In this document: in pieces, positions 22,946 to 36,344 of the stretch | Position numbering within the stretch: position 1 is the first letter of the stretch | Layout of the letters: each line of letters opens with the position of its first letter | Assembly (NCBI GenBank): GCA_002269645.1 | Contig: NIVC01001025.1 | Coordinates: forward strand, 82,052-146,051 | Length of the DNA stretch: 64,000 bases | Direction: 5' to 3' | DNA from: Macrostomum lignano | Taxonomy: Eukaryota | Notes under the pieces: model-generated | What the model saw: only the letters and a program-made list of their open reading frames with translations | What the model was told of the DNA's origin: nothing | Database searches by the model: none | Position numbers and translations under genes: made by a program

Positions 22946-23514
22946 TGTGAATTTGATAGATAGGATGGGTATGCTAGCTTGGTTTGGGTACTGAAACTTT
23001 ATAAACATTGTACTTATATAATGTACTTGACACCTATGGTGTCAGATTTTGTTAGTCGCCTCTCAACTATGCATATCCAGAAACTTATTGCTCAGCCCTC
23101 ATATGCTAATGTTGCAACAATAAATTACCTTTTTTGTGTTGCAATAGTAAATAATAGTAAATTACCTTTTTTCCCATAAATAATCCTTTATGGCAGATAA
23201 TTTAGTTGCCTTTTTATCTTTCTTGCATATACTATCTTTGCTAGAAAATTGATATATGCAAAATTTTGTTTAAGATGTTACAAGCTAAAAAACTGGAAAG
23301 CTTGAAATTAGCCATTTAAAAATAAACTTTTTTTTCTTTTTCCACTTACAAGTTAACACTAACTATTCCGCATGATTATATGAAGTGCACACTAGGTATG
23401 TATGCATATTATTTTCTATAGTTGGCAAGTCCTATATGCCAACTGTGCATGTCAACTTTTGACATATAAGGCCAATGCATGCCCAACTTTTTGGGCATAT
23501 ACTACATGATCTAG

Positions 23515-23780
23515 AGGGTAATAGCCAGAGTTTCTGGCACCGGAACCCATTTTCTAACAGTTGGGGATCTGGCAGTGCCGTATAGAAGCATATAAAGACT
23601 GCTAAAATCATATCTTAAGAATTCTGAATATTAGAAGCATCTCATCCCAAATCTTATCATATCGTCTTAAATTTTAATCTAATGAAAAATATAATGTTCT
23701 ATCAATATTATAATGGCACTGCCGGATCTGTAGCCATTAGAAAATGGGTTTTGGTGCTGGAACTCTAGCCATTGCTGATC
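23515..23780. mobile_element. Old MITE-like element with imperfect ~65-bp TIRs
   Basis: TAGCCAGAGTTTCTGGCACCGGAACCCATTTTCTAA..GATCTGGCAGTGCC pairs with GGCACTGCCGGATC..TTAGAAAATGGGTTTTGGTGCTGGAACTCTAGCCA; AT-rich core; no clear TSD. Confidence 0.7.
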
Positions 23781-26654
23781 TAGAATATGGTATGACTATC
23801 TTATTAAGGCTAAATGCATATAGATCATTATCTAATTAGTACTATGCCTATATTCAGGCATCAGTGCAAAAGTTAATATATTTAAATTGTGTCATATCAC
23901 ATTTTTAAGCTACAATTTTAGACCCTATGTTGCACATCCACAGGTGTTCTATACTTTTTTCAATAGGGATAAGAGTGCAAACAAAAAAATGAGCATATTA
24001 ATTGATAAAGTACTAATATTTTTTTAAATATAAATATTAGAAACTTTAAATAATTGCAAGTTTTTGCAAAGGAATAATAGACAACACTTTTTTATTACAA
24101 TGTACATATAAATATTAAATGTAACAATGGAAGAAAAGTCCATTATTGTCATGGCAAAAAAGTAAGATTGCATAATTTAGAAATTTGACATATATGATAG
24201 GCCTAGTCACATTTCCAATTTTTGTCATACTTAGTGTATACCTAAAATGTTGCCCAAAATTTTGGCATATACTGGATACCTTCCTTACAGTGGGAAATAG
24301 GTAATAATGAGATTATTGCATAGGGAAGGGCCAGCATGCCATAGGGCATAGCATATAAATTTGTATATGTTTGTACTTTAGCTAGGCATATAAGGAATAT
24401 AACAGACATGACTATATACTCATATATTAGATATGTAATATATAATGTTAATATATAAATTATAAAATTATATTTATATATTATAAATTATAACTAAAAT
24501 ACTATAACTAATAAAAACTGTAACTAAAATTATAAATAGATTATAGAATATAGATATAGATTATAGATTATGTAATGATAAACAATATAGCCTATTAGGC
24601 CTACTACAAAATGAAAGTAAATAAAATATACTTTTTGAGTTTTGGTACCAATTTAATTTGAGTATAATTTGATTGTCTTTGAATATTTAAGTCTAACTAA
24701 GATAAGCACAACTTTTGTAAGTAAAGCAAAGCCTATTGAGCCTTTTCTGCCAAAGCATTATTGGCACAGTCCGTCATAGCATGGTACAACTTTGATTATA
24801 TTTTCTTTTTTTAGTGTAACAGCACTAAGACTACCATTCTGTCAAACTCTGTCTTGACTACATTTACTTTTCCAAATACACATCGTCCTCAGACCTAGGC
24901 GGTAGGCCTATCCCATACTGAATTTCTATGATTTGTTTTTTCCTGTCCTAATCCTAAACTTCTATCTAAATCTTCTTTCTTCCTCAATTACTTTCGTTCG
25001 ACCTTATTTAACTTTTTAAGGGTTTCTTCGAAAAGGAGCCGATTTAAAAGCCCTTAATTAATAAAAACTTTCTAAGCTAAGAAAAAATAAATAAGAACTT
25101 TTTAAACGCTCAATTTCTACTGATTAATTTAATGGTCTAATTCGCAGAAAAAGAATTTTCATTATATTTGATTTAACGGTTTAATATAAATGCTTCCGTG
25201 AACCATCGGGTCATCGATATGAAGCACGCTTATCATGTCTAGAATGTTCAGATGGAGTGTAAAAGCTACCTAGATAGGCGTTTTAAACTTTTTCCGTCTC
25301 ATCTAGCCTGTTGACCCTTTTGTTTGACCCTTTTCAAAGCTATTCAAACCGAAGCTATCGGTTGACCCTTTTTAGTTCCGACAAAGTTAATTTTTTATCG
25401 AATTTTTCTTTGTATAATCGCCTATCTGGCAGAAGTGAGCCCAAAAACGTCTGCACCAGACACGGCTGCATCGATTCGTGATATGGGTCTGTCTAAACTG
25501 CGTGCTGCACTAATTTCGTGCTACACGAGTCTGACATGATATTGTTTCGCTGGGTGCAAAATGACTTCACCAGCTGGTAGCTACTTGACTTTTGTTTACA
25601 TGTGAGACTGATGTACTATGCATGTACTAGTTAGCGGCTCATCGTACTGATCTCTCCCTCCCGTTGTTGTAAGCCTATGTATTCCAAATACATTACCTCT
25701 AGTATCATCAATTTTTTCTTCCGTTTGGCCAAGCATACTCGCGATCGATTGTCGGGGTGGGGAATCCAACCAAATATTTATATTGCAGCGTTAAATTAAG
25801 TAGATGATGTGTACGATTATACAAGTGCGCAGTGCGCGTAGCTAAGATTTCATTGGGGGCGAGCTAGAGCCAGCCGCAAACATCGATCCATACAGGACAA
25901 TATGTCATATTGGTGCCATATTGCGCTTGAACTACACGTACATGTACATGTTTATTCTATTCGATGGCTTTAGACAGCTTATCAAATAAAGGCATTCAAG
26001 TCTAAATGTTTGTATTTACATGTACATGTACGCGGTGACAGTCGTGAATCGTCTAACCATGATTATGGAAACTTGCAAGATAAATCTTCAAAATGGCTTT
26101 TTCTGTAAAGAAAGATCCCGGCCGTGCGAATGCAGGATACTGTAAATTATGCACGCGTATGCAATACATCTGATAGTGAAAATGCTGGCCCATTTCTGAT
26201 AGACACCTAGCTGGCCAATGCAGTTCACCCCGCGGGACTGTAATAATTGGGATCCGTCGCAATTAACGACCAGGAAAACTCCCAACGCGGCTGTGGAGAA
26301 AAAACGCGGTCAAGAGCCCCCGCTGTGAGCGCGCACGCTTTAATTGGGCCTGCATTTGCATATCGATCCGGCGCAGCTGCAGTTTCACCTACTGTATACA
26401 GCTGCTACAGTAGAATCCTATTTTTGATTCTGACTCCACTTGAACACGTCTTGTGCACGGTATTTAAATGATGCTTGTAGTTATACAAGGGTATATAGAT
26501 CAAATAGTGATGGTTCCTATGTAACAATGATATATGTGATTTTTCATGCGGAATGACTTCATTACTATATTTTTTGCTTTGAGAGAAACCAATTTCGCGT
26601 AGGCGAGAGGGGCCTTCGTAACTCCATACCTCAGAATCACACACAAGCACAACC

Positions 26655-27535
26655 CATCCACAACAGGAACCTCAACCCGAACACACCCCACCCACAACAG
26701 GAACCTCAATCCGAACACACCCCACCCACAACAGGAACCTCAACCCGAACACACCCCACCCACAACAGGAACCTCAACCCGAACACACCCCACCCACAAC
26801 AGAAACCTCAACCCGAACACACCCCACCCACAACAGGAACCTCAATCCGAACACACCCCACCCACAACAGGAACCTCAACCCGAACACACCCCACCCACA
26901 ACAGAAACCTCAACCCGAACACACCCCACCCACAACAGGAACCTCAACCCGAACACACCCCACCCACAACAGAAACCTCAACCCGAACACACCCCACCCA
27001 CAACAGGAACCTCAACCCGAACAGACCCCACCCACAACAGGAACCTCAACCCGAACACACCCCACCCACAACAGGAACCTCAACCCGATCACACCCCCCC
27101 CCCACAACAGGAACCTCAACGCGATCACAACCCATCCACAACAGGAACCTCAACCCGATCACACCCCACACACAACAGGAACCTCAAACCGATCACACCC
27201 CCCCACAACAGAAACCTCAACCCGAACACACCCCACCCACAACAGGAACCTCAGCCCAAACACACCCCACACACAACAGGAACCTCAGCCCAAACACACC
27301 CCACACACAACAGGAACCTCAGCCCGAACACACCCCATCCACAACAGGAACCTCAGCCCGAACACACCCCATCCACAACAGGAACCTCAGCCCGAACACA
27401 CCCCACACACAACAGGAACCTCAGCCCAAACACACCCCATCCACAACAGGAACCTCAGCCCAAACACACCCCATCCACAACAGGAACCTCAGCCCGAACA
27501 CACCCCATCCACAACAGGAACCTCAGCCCAACACA
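26655..27535. repeat. 34-bp minisatellite (CACAACAGGAACCTCAACCCGAACACACCCCACC)
   Basis: Period of 34 bp read directly; variants drift along the array. Confidence 0.95.
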
Positions 27536-28399
27536 CTCTCAGAACGAATGCATCACGCCAAGCAAATGATTAACACTACTCACTCGTCTAGCCAAACATA
27601 CAGTGCAATAAGATAAGGCAGCTGCATACAAGCAATCTCTCGTAAGCTACGATCTCTGTATTTGAATAAGTAAGTTACCTTTCTTTTCCTCTATATGCTT
27701 TGAATACATGTACAATCCAACTACAAATGTAAAAGCATCCATTTCTTAAAAAGTCTCGATCCACAGTGACAATTTCCTTGCACCATAAATGATTGTCAAT
27801 CAGGCAGTGGAAGGGAAACGGACAAGAAAATGATTGCAATATTCCTTGCGACAAACCGGCCACCAAAGTTGCTTGCAGTCTAGATTTGCCCGACTATCTG
27901 TCTGTCTGCCTGCGTGACTGTCTGTCTGCAACTGCTTTTCAATATACATATTGCCCTGACCCAGTCCGACTGTGTGAGAAGTTTGTGTATGCGTGTCTCC
28001 CCCTCAATGACGGACAGGTCTGAGTGACAGCAGCTGCCCCAAGCCAACCCACCGGCTCCCCCCCACATGGCTCCAGTTCGCCCCCTCTTTCCCGGCCCAC
28101 CCTCGTTGCTGCTGCTGTTGCTGCTGAAACCAGCTGACAAGGTGGCCGGCCAGTCCAAAGAGTTCCAAGGAGAGTGTCTGGATAGGTGAAACTGGCCAAG
28201 CTCAACATCTTTGCGAAGCTGTTTACTCGCTGCTGGCATCTGCTGTCTATGGTCGAAAGACTGATCGACTGCAGATCAAGGCAGCTCATCTACTCTACGT
28301 AAGGCATGTACTCTCTGTGTGTCTTGTGCGTTAGGCCTTGTGGGAGTTAATTGCACGACGATCCCCGGGCTTATTAATGCAACCGCGTGAACTCATGTG

Positions 28400-29180
28400 A
28401 GTTCTGGGACACTTCTACTCTCGGACTGTAGGACTCTTCTGCTGTTAGACTGTGGGATCTGGGACTCTTCTACTCTCGGACTGTAGGACTCTTCTGCTGT
28501 TAGACTGTGGGATCTGGGACTCTTCTACTCTCGGACTGTAGGACTCTTCTGCTGTTAGACTGTGGGATCTGGGACTCTTCTGCTGTTAGACTGCGGGATC
28601 TGGGACTCTTCTGCTGTTAGACTGTGGGATCTGGGACTCTTCTACTCTCGGACTGTGGGATCTGGGGCTCTTCTGCTGTTAGACTGTGGGATCTGGGACT
28701 CTTCTGCTGTTAGACTGTGGGATCTGGGACTCTTCTGCTGTTAGACTGCGGGATCTGGGACTCTTCTACTCTCGGACTGTGGGATCTGGGACTCTTCTGC
28801 TGTTAGACTGTGGGATCTGGGACTCTTCTACTCTCGGACTGTGGGATCTGGGACTCTTCTGCTGTTAGACTGTGGGATCTGGGACTCTTCTACTCTCGGA
28901 CTGTGGGATCTGGGACTCTTCTACTCTCGGACTGTGGGATCTGGGACACTTCTGCTCTCGGACTGTGGGATCTGGGACTCTTCTGCTCTCGGACTGTGGG
29001 ATCTGGGACTCTTCTGCTCTCGGACTGTGGGATCTGGGACACTTCTGCTCTCGGACTGTGGGATCTGAGACTCTTCTACTCTCGGACTGTGCGATCTGGG
29101 ACTCCACTGCTGTCGGACTGTAGGATCTGGGACTCCACTGCTGTCGGACTGTAGGATCTGGGACTCCACTGCTGTCGGAC
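28400..29180 (+). repeat. 31-bp minisatellite, left arm (TGTGGGATCTGGGACTCTTCTACTCTCGGAC)
   Basis: Read directly. Confidence 0.95.
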
Positions 29181-29719
29181 CCTCAAATAAGCATCAATTC
29201 TATCGTACAAGACTGTATTTTGATTTCGGATGCAATTGTAAAAAAGCCTACTGTTGTGATTCTTAGAAAATCAATAAAGGCTTTCCAGTTGGTTTTCCAG
29301 TTAGCTTCCACGCCAGATACTCGCAGCTCAGTCTGGCAATCCATGGCCAACCGTCTCTTCAATTGTGCCTGCCTCTCCTATACTAACTATATAACGCGCA
29401 GGTCCCCTGTGGCGCGGCCGCCCGCGCAGAAGCTGCTGCAAGTGCTGCCTTCCACCTTGGGGTCGTTCCTGCAGCCTTGTCCACGACTCTTACGAAAATG
29501 AAAACTTGCGGGCGATGCGTGGTGGCGGTCGCAATTACGAGTCGGATATAATCTGTATTCGGTTCCCGATCGTGCGCCATTCAACCTTTTGCAGGATAGC
29601 TTTAGCACCTGCGGGACATAGTGCGCGTTTCAGTTCAGATCGAGAATCTAGTCGGCAAATTTCAATCCTCTTTGTAACTTGAAGGAAAGTTAAAACTGAG
29701 TGTTGCAGTCTATAGGAAT

Positions 29720-30468
29720 ATCAGAGTTCCACAGTTCCAGATCCCACAGTCCGAGAGTAGAAGAGTCCCAGATCCCACAGTCCGAGAGTAGAAGAGTCCC
29801 AGATCCCACAGTCCGAGAGTAGAAGAGTCCCAGATCCCACAGTCCCACAGCAGAACAGTCCCAGATCCCACAGTCTAACAGCAGAACAGTCCCAGATCCC
29901 ACAGTCCGAGAGTAGAAGAGTCCCAGATCCCACAGTCCGAGAGTAGAAGAGTCCCAGATCCCACAGTCCGAGAGTAGAAGAGTCCCAGATCCCACAGTCC
30001 CACAGCAGAACAGTCCCAGATCCCACAGTCTAACAGCAGAACAGTCCCAGATCCCACAGTCCGAGAGTAGAAGAGTCCCAGATCCCACAGTCCGAGAGTA
30101 GAAGAGTCCCAGATCCCACAGTCCGAGAGTAGAAGAGTCCCAGATCCCACAGTCCCACAGCAGAACAGTCCCAGATCCCACAGTCTAACAGCAGAACAGT
30201 CCCAGATCCCACAGTCCGAGAGTAGAAGAGTCCCAGATCCCACAGTCCCACAGCAGAACAGTCCCAGATCCCACAGTCCCACAGCAGAACAGTCCCAGAT
30301 TCCACAGTCTAACAGCAGAAGAGTCCCAGATCCCACAGTCTAACAGCAAAAGAGTCACAGATCCCACAGTCTAACAGCAAAAGAGTCACAGATCCCACAG
30401 TCTAACAGCAGAAGAGTCCCAGATCCCGCAGTCTAACAGCAGAAGAGTCCCAGATCCCACAGTCCGAC
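29720..30468 (-). repeat. Same 31-bp minisatellite in inverted orientation, right arm
   Basis: GTCCGAGAGTAGAAGAGTCCCAGATCCCACA is the reverse complement of the left-arm unit. Confidence 0.95.
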
Positions 30469-30879
30469 AATGCAAAATCTGTACAAGCTGTGTGCAAATC
30501 CTTCGGCTGCTGGATAACAATTCGTACTAGGCTGCATTGTAAGTTGATAAAAAGATAAAAGCCATCATGCAGCTATGCTGGACACAATGGCGAGCTTTTT
30601 TAATTGATTGATAAGCTTTAGCGCAGCTTACCCAAGCTGACAGCTCTTGGCAGTTGCAGAGCTGTCGATGACAACTGAGTTGGCAGATAGGCCCGTGTTG
30701 CTGCTTCAACTAGTACTAAACTTGCATGACAATAACTATGCACTACCAGCCTCATATATGTGTTCATCATTCTGTCTGGCTTTGGTCAGCCATGCGGGTT
30801 CCAATCTAATTATTCTGATGGCATCTCATTTCATGGAAAACCAGGCCTTTAAAAAGAGAAAAATGGCGACGAGAAGATG

Positions 30880-31885
30880 GGGATGAGAGGAAGAGGATTA
30901 GAGGAAGGAGCTGATATGAAAAGGTTGAAATGGATGGGTGAGATGGAGTGGGTGAGATGGAGTGGGTGAGGGTGAGATGGAAGGGGTGAGATGGAAGTGG
31001 TGAGATGTAAGGGGTGAGATGGAAGGGATGAGATGGAAGGGGTGAGGTGGAAGGGGTGAGATGGAAGGGGTGAGATGGAAGGGGTGAGATGGAAGGGGTG
31101 AGATGGAAGGGGTGAGATGGAAGGAGTGAGATGGAAGGGGTGAGATGGAGGGTTGAGATGGAAGGGGTGAGATGGAAGGGTGAGATGTGAGGGTGAGATG
31201 GAAGGTTGAGATGGAAGGGGTGAGATTTGAGGGTGAGACGGAAGGTTGAGATGGAAGGGGTGAGATGTGAGGGTGAGAGGGAAGGGTGAGATGGAAGGGG
31301 TGAGGTGGAAGGGGTGAGATGGAAGGGGTGAGATGGATGGGGTGAGATGGAAGGGGTGAGATGGAAGGGGTGAGATGGAAGGGGTGAGATGGAGGGTTGA
31401 GATGGAAGGGGTGAGATGGAAGGGGTGAGATGGAAGGGTGAGATGTGAGGGTGAGATGGAAGGTTGAGATGGAAGGGGTGAGATGTGAGGGTGAGATGGA
31501 AGGTTGAGATGGAAGGGGTGAGATGTGAGGGTGAGAGGGAAGGGTGAGATGGAAGGGGTGAGGTGGAAGGGGTGAGATGGAAGGGGTGAGATGGAAGGGG
31601 TGAGATGGAAGGGGTGAGATGGAAGGGGTGAGATGGAGGGTTGAGATGGAAGGGGTGAGATGGAAGGGGTGAGATGGAGGGTTGAGATGGAAGGGGTGAG
31701 ATGGAAGGGGTGAGAGGGAAGGGTGAGATGTGAGGGTGAGATGGAAGGTTGAGAGGGAAGGGTGAGATGTGAGGGTGAGATGGAAGGTTGAGATGGAAGG
31801 GGTGAGATGTGAGGGTGAGATGGAAGGTTGAGATGGAAGGGGTGAGATGTGAGGGTGAGAGGGAAGGTTGAGATGCAAGGGTGGG
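30880..31885. repeat. Purine-rich ~14-bp repeat (GGAAGGGGTGAGAT)
   Basis: Read directly; explains the 445-aa and 343-aa P/S/H ORFs. Confidence 0.95.
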
Positions 31886-32549
31886 TGAGAGAAGGGGACT
31901 GTCAGGAGAGTCATGAACAGTAAAAGCATGGGCGGGAAAAATGCGAAGAGAGCGAGAGGCTTGGGAGAAAGCTGCTGAATAGAAAAAAGGGGAAGTTAGA
32001 GAATTGTGAGGTCGGTGGGAGAGAGTGAGGTAAGGAACGCCCACCTTGGGAGTATTGATTGGGGAATACAGTAAGGGACAATACCCACGCGGCGGCTGCC
32101 TAAGCATTCCACCTTGCCATCCCAACGCTGCCTTAAGCCTCAACCTCCGTCACGCCCCACTTTTTCTGCTTCCTTCCTCCGATTCCTCACTAATGCTCAA
32201 GCTTATGGAAGAAGTTGCGGCTCTTCTCCGACACGCAAGCTCACAGCTGGAGGCCTCTCCGTCCCGCCTCAACACGTGCAAGTGTGTTGAGCAGAATCGG
32301 CATTGAGGGATTTTGTTTGAGCGCGTGAATGAGAAGGCTTTCTTTCGCTTTGTAAAAAAGCCAATTGCAAAGTTTAACAAAGAGAGACATGAGGCCAGGA
32401 CCTTGGAGTAGCAGCTCTGTCTCAAAACCAGCACTGTCAGATACCAATGACCTGAAGTTTCTTTTCCAGTGTACATACAGCAGATTCTGCTGCTATGGCT
32501 TTATGAGCTTCTTCGCCTCATTGCTTACAGGTTATAAGTCATAGTTCAG

Positions 32550-32940
32550 CTTGTGACTCACGGCTCATAGCTCATGGCTTATAGCTTATGGCTCATAGGT
32601 CATAGCTCATAGCTCATAGCTCATAGCTCATAGCTCATAGCTCATAACTCATAGCTCATAACTCATAGCTCATGGTTCATAGCTTATGGCTCATAGGTCA
32701 TAGCTCATAGCTCATAGCTCATAGCTCATAGCTCATAGCTCATAACTCATAGCTCATGGTTCATAGCTTATGGCTCCTACCTCATAGCTCATAGCTCATA
32801 GCTCATAACTCATAGCTCATAACTCATAGCTCATGGTTCATAGCTTATGGCTCATAGCTCATAGCTCATAGCTCATAGCTCATAGCTCATAGCTCACTGC
32901 TCATAGCTCATAACTCAGTTCATAGCTCATAGCTCATACG
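32550..32940. repeat. (TCATAGC)n heptamer repeat
   Basis: Read directly. Confidence 0.95.
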
Positions 32941-33319
32941 AGCAAGTTAATACCTCATAGCTAATTTGTCCAATCAAGTGCAAACGAAGGCATACCAGTG
33001 CTAATACGAGTATATCAGCAGCGCTGATAGTTAGTAGTTCATGGCTCATAGAGACTATCTCATAGGCTATTGCTTAGAATCTAAACTCGCGTAGCAGTGA
33101 GCTAGTCAGTCTAGTGCTCTACTGGTGTCCAAAATAGGGGCCTGAGGAAAGCTTGTAAGTCCAGGTTCTGGGCGTAGCAAACACCCACTCAGCTTCCACT
33201 GCATCCGTGAAATGTTGCTTATTTCTGTCCAGCTTTCTCCAATTTAGTTCAGTCTGGGGATTCACTCCCCACTGACACCAGTCCCCTGAATGCTTAACCA
33301 CTGTAGCACTAGGCTGTGT

Positions 33320-33560
33320 CTCCCATTGGTCTATCCGGCTTTAGCCAATCAAAATCGAGCTATGGCTATTACTATAATCCAGGAGCAGCAGTAGTAAGCT
33401 CTACGCTGCTGGGCGTCATTACGGAGTGGGCGGGAAGAGAGAGAGAGAGTGACAGTTGTCTATAGCGAAGCGATAATTGGACCTGGGGGGTTGGGAGAGG
33501 GTGGTGGTTCCACGCCCGAAAGCCTCCTCCCGCAGGCAGCGGGGGCTATAAACCGCTGTC
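33320..33560 (+). promoter_or_regulatory. Promoter-like cluster (CCAAT 33345, GGGCGG 33428, TATAAA 33547); candidate promoter of the kinase gene
   Basis: Motifs in the expected order on the plus strand, followed by a possible donor GTAAAG near 33628; no transcript evidence. Confidence 0.3.
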
Positions 33561-33817
33561 CTCACTCATGCCGCCAACAATCACACGCTTGTCCTGGTGT
33601 AGCAGGGTGGAGAGTGCTTAGGCTACAGTAAAGCGCTGAGAAGTTTTTTTTGAGAATCCAAGGATAGATCAACTCTAATTGATTATAGAGTAGACACTGG
33701 GCAGAGACTTGCTATTTTGATTCTTTAGAACCAAAAAAGGAGATGCGGCATACCGGAGGTGAGTTTACAGAGAAGACTCTTTACTGGAATTTAGTACTCG
33801 AAGTTATTAGTGGATTC

Positions 33818-35544
33818 CAGGGGCGGATTTAAGGGGGACCGCCCCCATCTTGTGGCTGGCCCCTTTTTCCTTTGGGCTAATAAGGTCCTCACCGCCCTCA
33901 GTTTGCTCAGTATGGCGCCTCTCTTGTCTATATTATGGCGCGCCTCTTGTCTATATTATGGCGCCCCTCTCGTCTACGGTATATTATGGTGTCCCTCTTG
34001 TCTATATTTGGCGCCCCTCTTGTTTATATTATAACGCCCCTCTAGTGTATATTATGGTGCCCCTCTAGTGTATATTATGGTGCCCCTCTCGTGTATATTA
34101 TGGCGCCCCTCTAGTGTATATTATGGTGCCCCCCTAGTGTATATTATGGTGCCCCTCTAGTGTATATTATGGTGCCCCTCTTGTCTATATTTGGCGCCCC
34201 TCTTGTTTATATTATAACGCCCCTCTCGTGTATATTATGGCGCCCCTCTCGTGTATATTATGGTGCCCCTCTAGTGTATATTATGGTGCCCCCCTAGTGT
34301 ATATTATGGCGCCCCTCTCGTGTATATTATGGCGCCCCTCTAGTGTATATTATGGTGCCCCTCTAGTGTATATTATGGTGCCCCTCTAGTGTATATTATG
34401 GCGCCCCTCTCGTGTATATTATGGTGCCCCTCTAGTGTATATTATGGCGCCCCTCTCGTCTACGGTATATTATGGTGTCCCTCTTGTCTATATTTGGCGC
34501 CCCTCTTGTTTATATTATAACGCCCCTCTAGTGTATATTATGGTGCCCCTCTCGTGTATATTATGGCGCCCCTCTAGTGTATATTATGGTGCCCCTCTTG
34601 TCTATATTTGGCGCCCCTCTTGTTTATATTATAACGCCCCTCTAGTGTATATTATGGTGCCCCTCTAGTGTATATTATGGCGCCCCTCTAGTGTATATTA
34701 TGGCGCCCCTCTCGTTTATATTATAACGCTCCTCTCGTCTATACTATGGCGCCCTTCTCGTCTATATTATGGCGCCCCTCTTGTCTATATTATAACGCCC
34801 CTCTTGTTTATATTATAACGCCCCTCTTGTTTATATTATAACGCCCCTCTTGTCTATATTATAACGCCCCTCTTGTTTATATTATAACGCCCCTCTTGTC
34901 TATATTATAACGCCCCTCTTGTCTATATTATAAAGCCCCTCTTGTCTATATTATAATGCCCCTCTTGTCTATATTATAACGCCCCTCTTGTCTATATTAT
35001 AACGCCCCTCTTGTCTATATTATAACGCCCTTCTCGTCTATATTATGACGCCCCTCTAGTGTATATTATGGTGCCCCTCTAGTGTATATTATGGCGCCCC
35101 TCTAGTGTATATTATGGCGCCCCTCTAGTGTATATTATGGCGCCCTTCTCGTCTATATTATGGCGCCCCTCTTGTCTATATTATAACGCCCCTCTTGTTT
35201 ATATTATAACGCCCTCTTGTTTATATTATAACGCCCCTCTTGTCTATATTATAACGCCCCTCTTGTTTATATTATAACGCCCCTCTTGTCTATATTATAA
35301 CGCCCCTCTTGTCTATATTATACCGCCCCTCTCGTCTATACTATGGCGCCCTTCTCGTCTATATTATGACGCCCCTCTAGTGTATATTATGGCGCCCCTC
35401 TAGTGTATATTATGGCGCCCCTCTAGTGTATACTATGGCGCTCCTCTCGTCTATACCATGGCGCCCCTCTCGTCTATACTACGGCACACCACTCTTATGG
35501 TTAAAATCCACTCCCCTCATTTTATATTTCTAAATCCGCCTCTG
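33818..35544. mobile_element. hAT-type non-autonomous element (1727 bp) filled with a ~23-bp tandem repeat
   Basis: TIRs CAGGGGCGGATTTA / TAAATCCGCCTCTG; perfect 8-bp TSD GTGGATTC (33810-33817 and 35545-35552); internal unit TATATTATGGCGCCCCTCTAGTG. Confidence 0.92.
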
Positions 35545-36344
35545 GTGGATTCCAGTAGGAAAGTTTAATACACGCAGGCAACAGATCTGTATCTGTAAAA
35601 GATGCATCTATGGTTTATGGTTAACAGCAACTAAGGTTAAAGAATAGCCCTAAACCAAGGAATTTTAAATCTAGCATTTAGAATTCCTTGCCTAAACCCA
35701 AAAAATGGAAATGACAAAATGACAATCGGTCATTTAAAAAAACGAAATTTTACAGTGTACACTGTCAAAGTTAAGATTGATCATAATTACGGAACTTTTC
35801 TAAACTTTCGAACTTGAATTGAATCTTGCGAATAGGGTTAGTAGTATGCTACATCTGGTTTAGGGCTAAAGGCTACCCTATGAAGTTTAGTACGTGGTTA
35901 CATCCCTAACACTTGAACGAAGGGTTGTTTAAGCCAGGTGACATCCCTGCACTCACACAGCTTGCTTCATCGTGCTTCTGATCTGCTGCACCCAAACCTG
36001 CCTGCCTGCTTTGGCTAACAAGCAGATCAAGGGATGGCCATTGCGCTTGACTTTTTGGCTGACAGACAGGGAGGTCAGTTTCACAAAGGCCCAGAGCATC
36101 CAGCATCCCCTTGGCACCCAGTCAGTTGCCATGCCTTTCTGACAGTTGCCGCTGTCTGTCTCTTTCTAGTGTAGTGTGTCGGATTTCCGCAGAGTTGATG
36201 AGCGGGTGTGGTGAAGGATAGCGAGTCCTGTGCACGAAACACTAGCCCAGGGAGCTAGAGAATTAGACAGTCAGGCCCGCTGTACATCCTGTGGCAGCGT
36301 GTGTAAGAGTGCGTGCCTGAGTACAGTGTTGGCATATGCTCATA

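Noticed and set aside
26655-27535. 31-34-bp direct repeats (also at 1570, 28400, 39778) resembling CRISPR repeat lengths
   Set aside because: Units are contiguous with no unique spacers, there are no cas genes, and the context is eukaryotic.
28179-28200. WIGETG as a GIY-YIG (Penelope) endonuclease motif
   Set aside because: No upstream GIY/GVY triad, no downstream R..EH, and no RT nearby.
30806-32143. Long ORFs from repeats (445 aa here; also 2749-3555, 39793-40713, 44355-45217, 49644-50506, 52795-53274, 58232-58998)
   Set aside because: They are periodic translations of minisatellites, open in several frames and strands, and mostly intronic.
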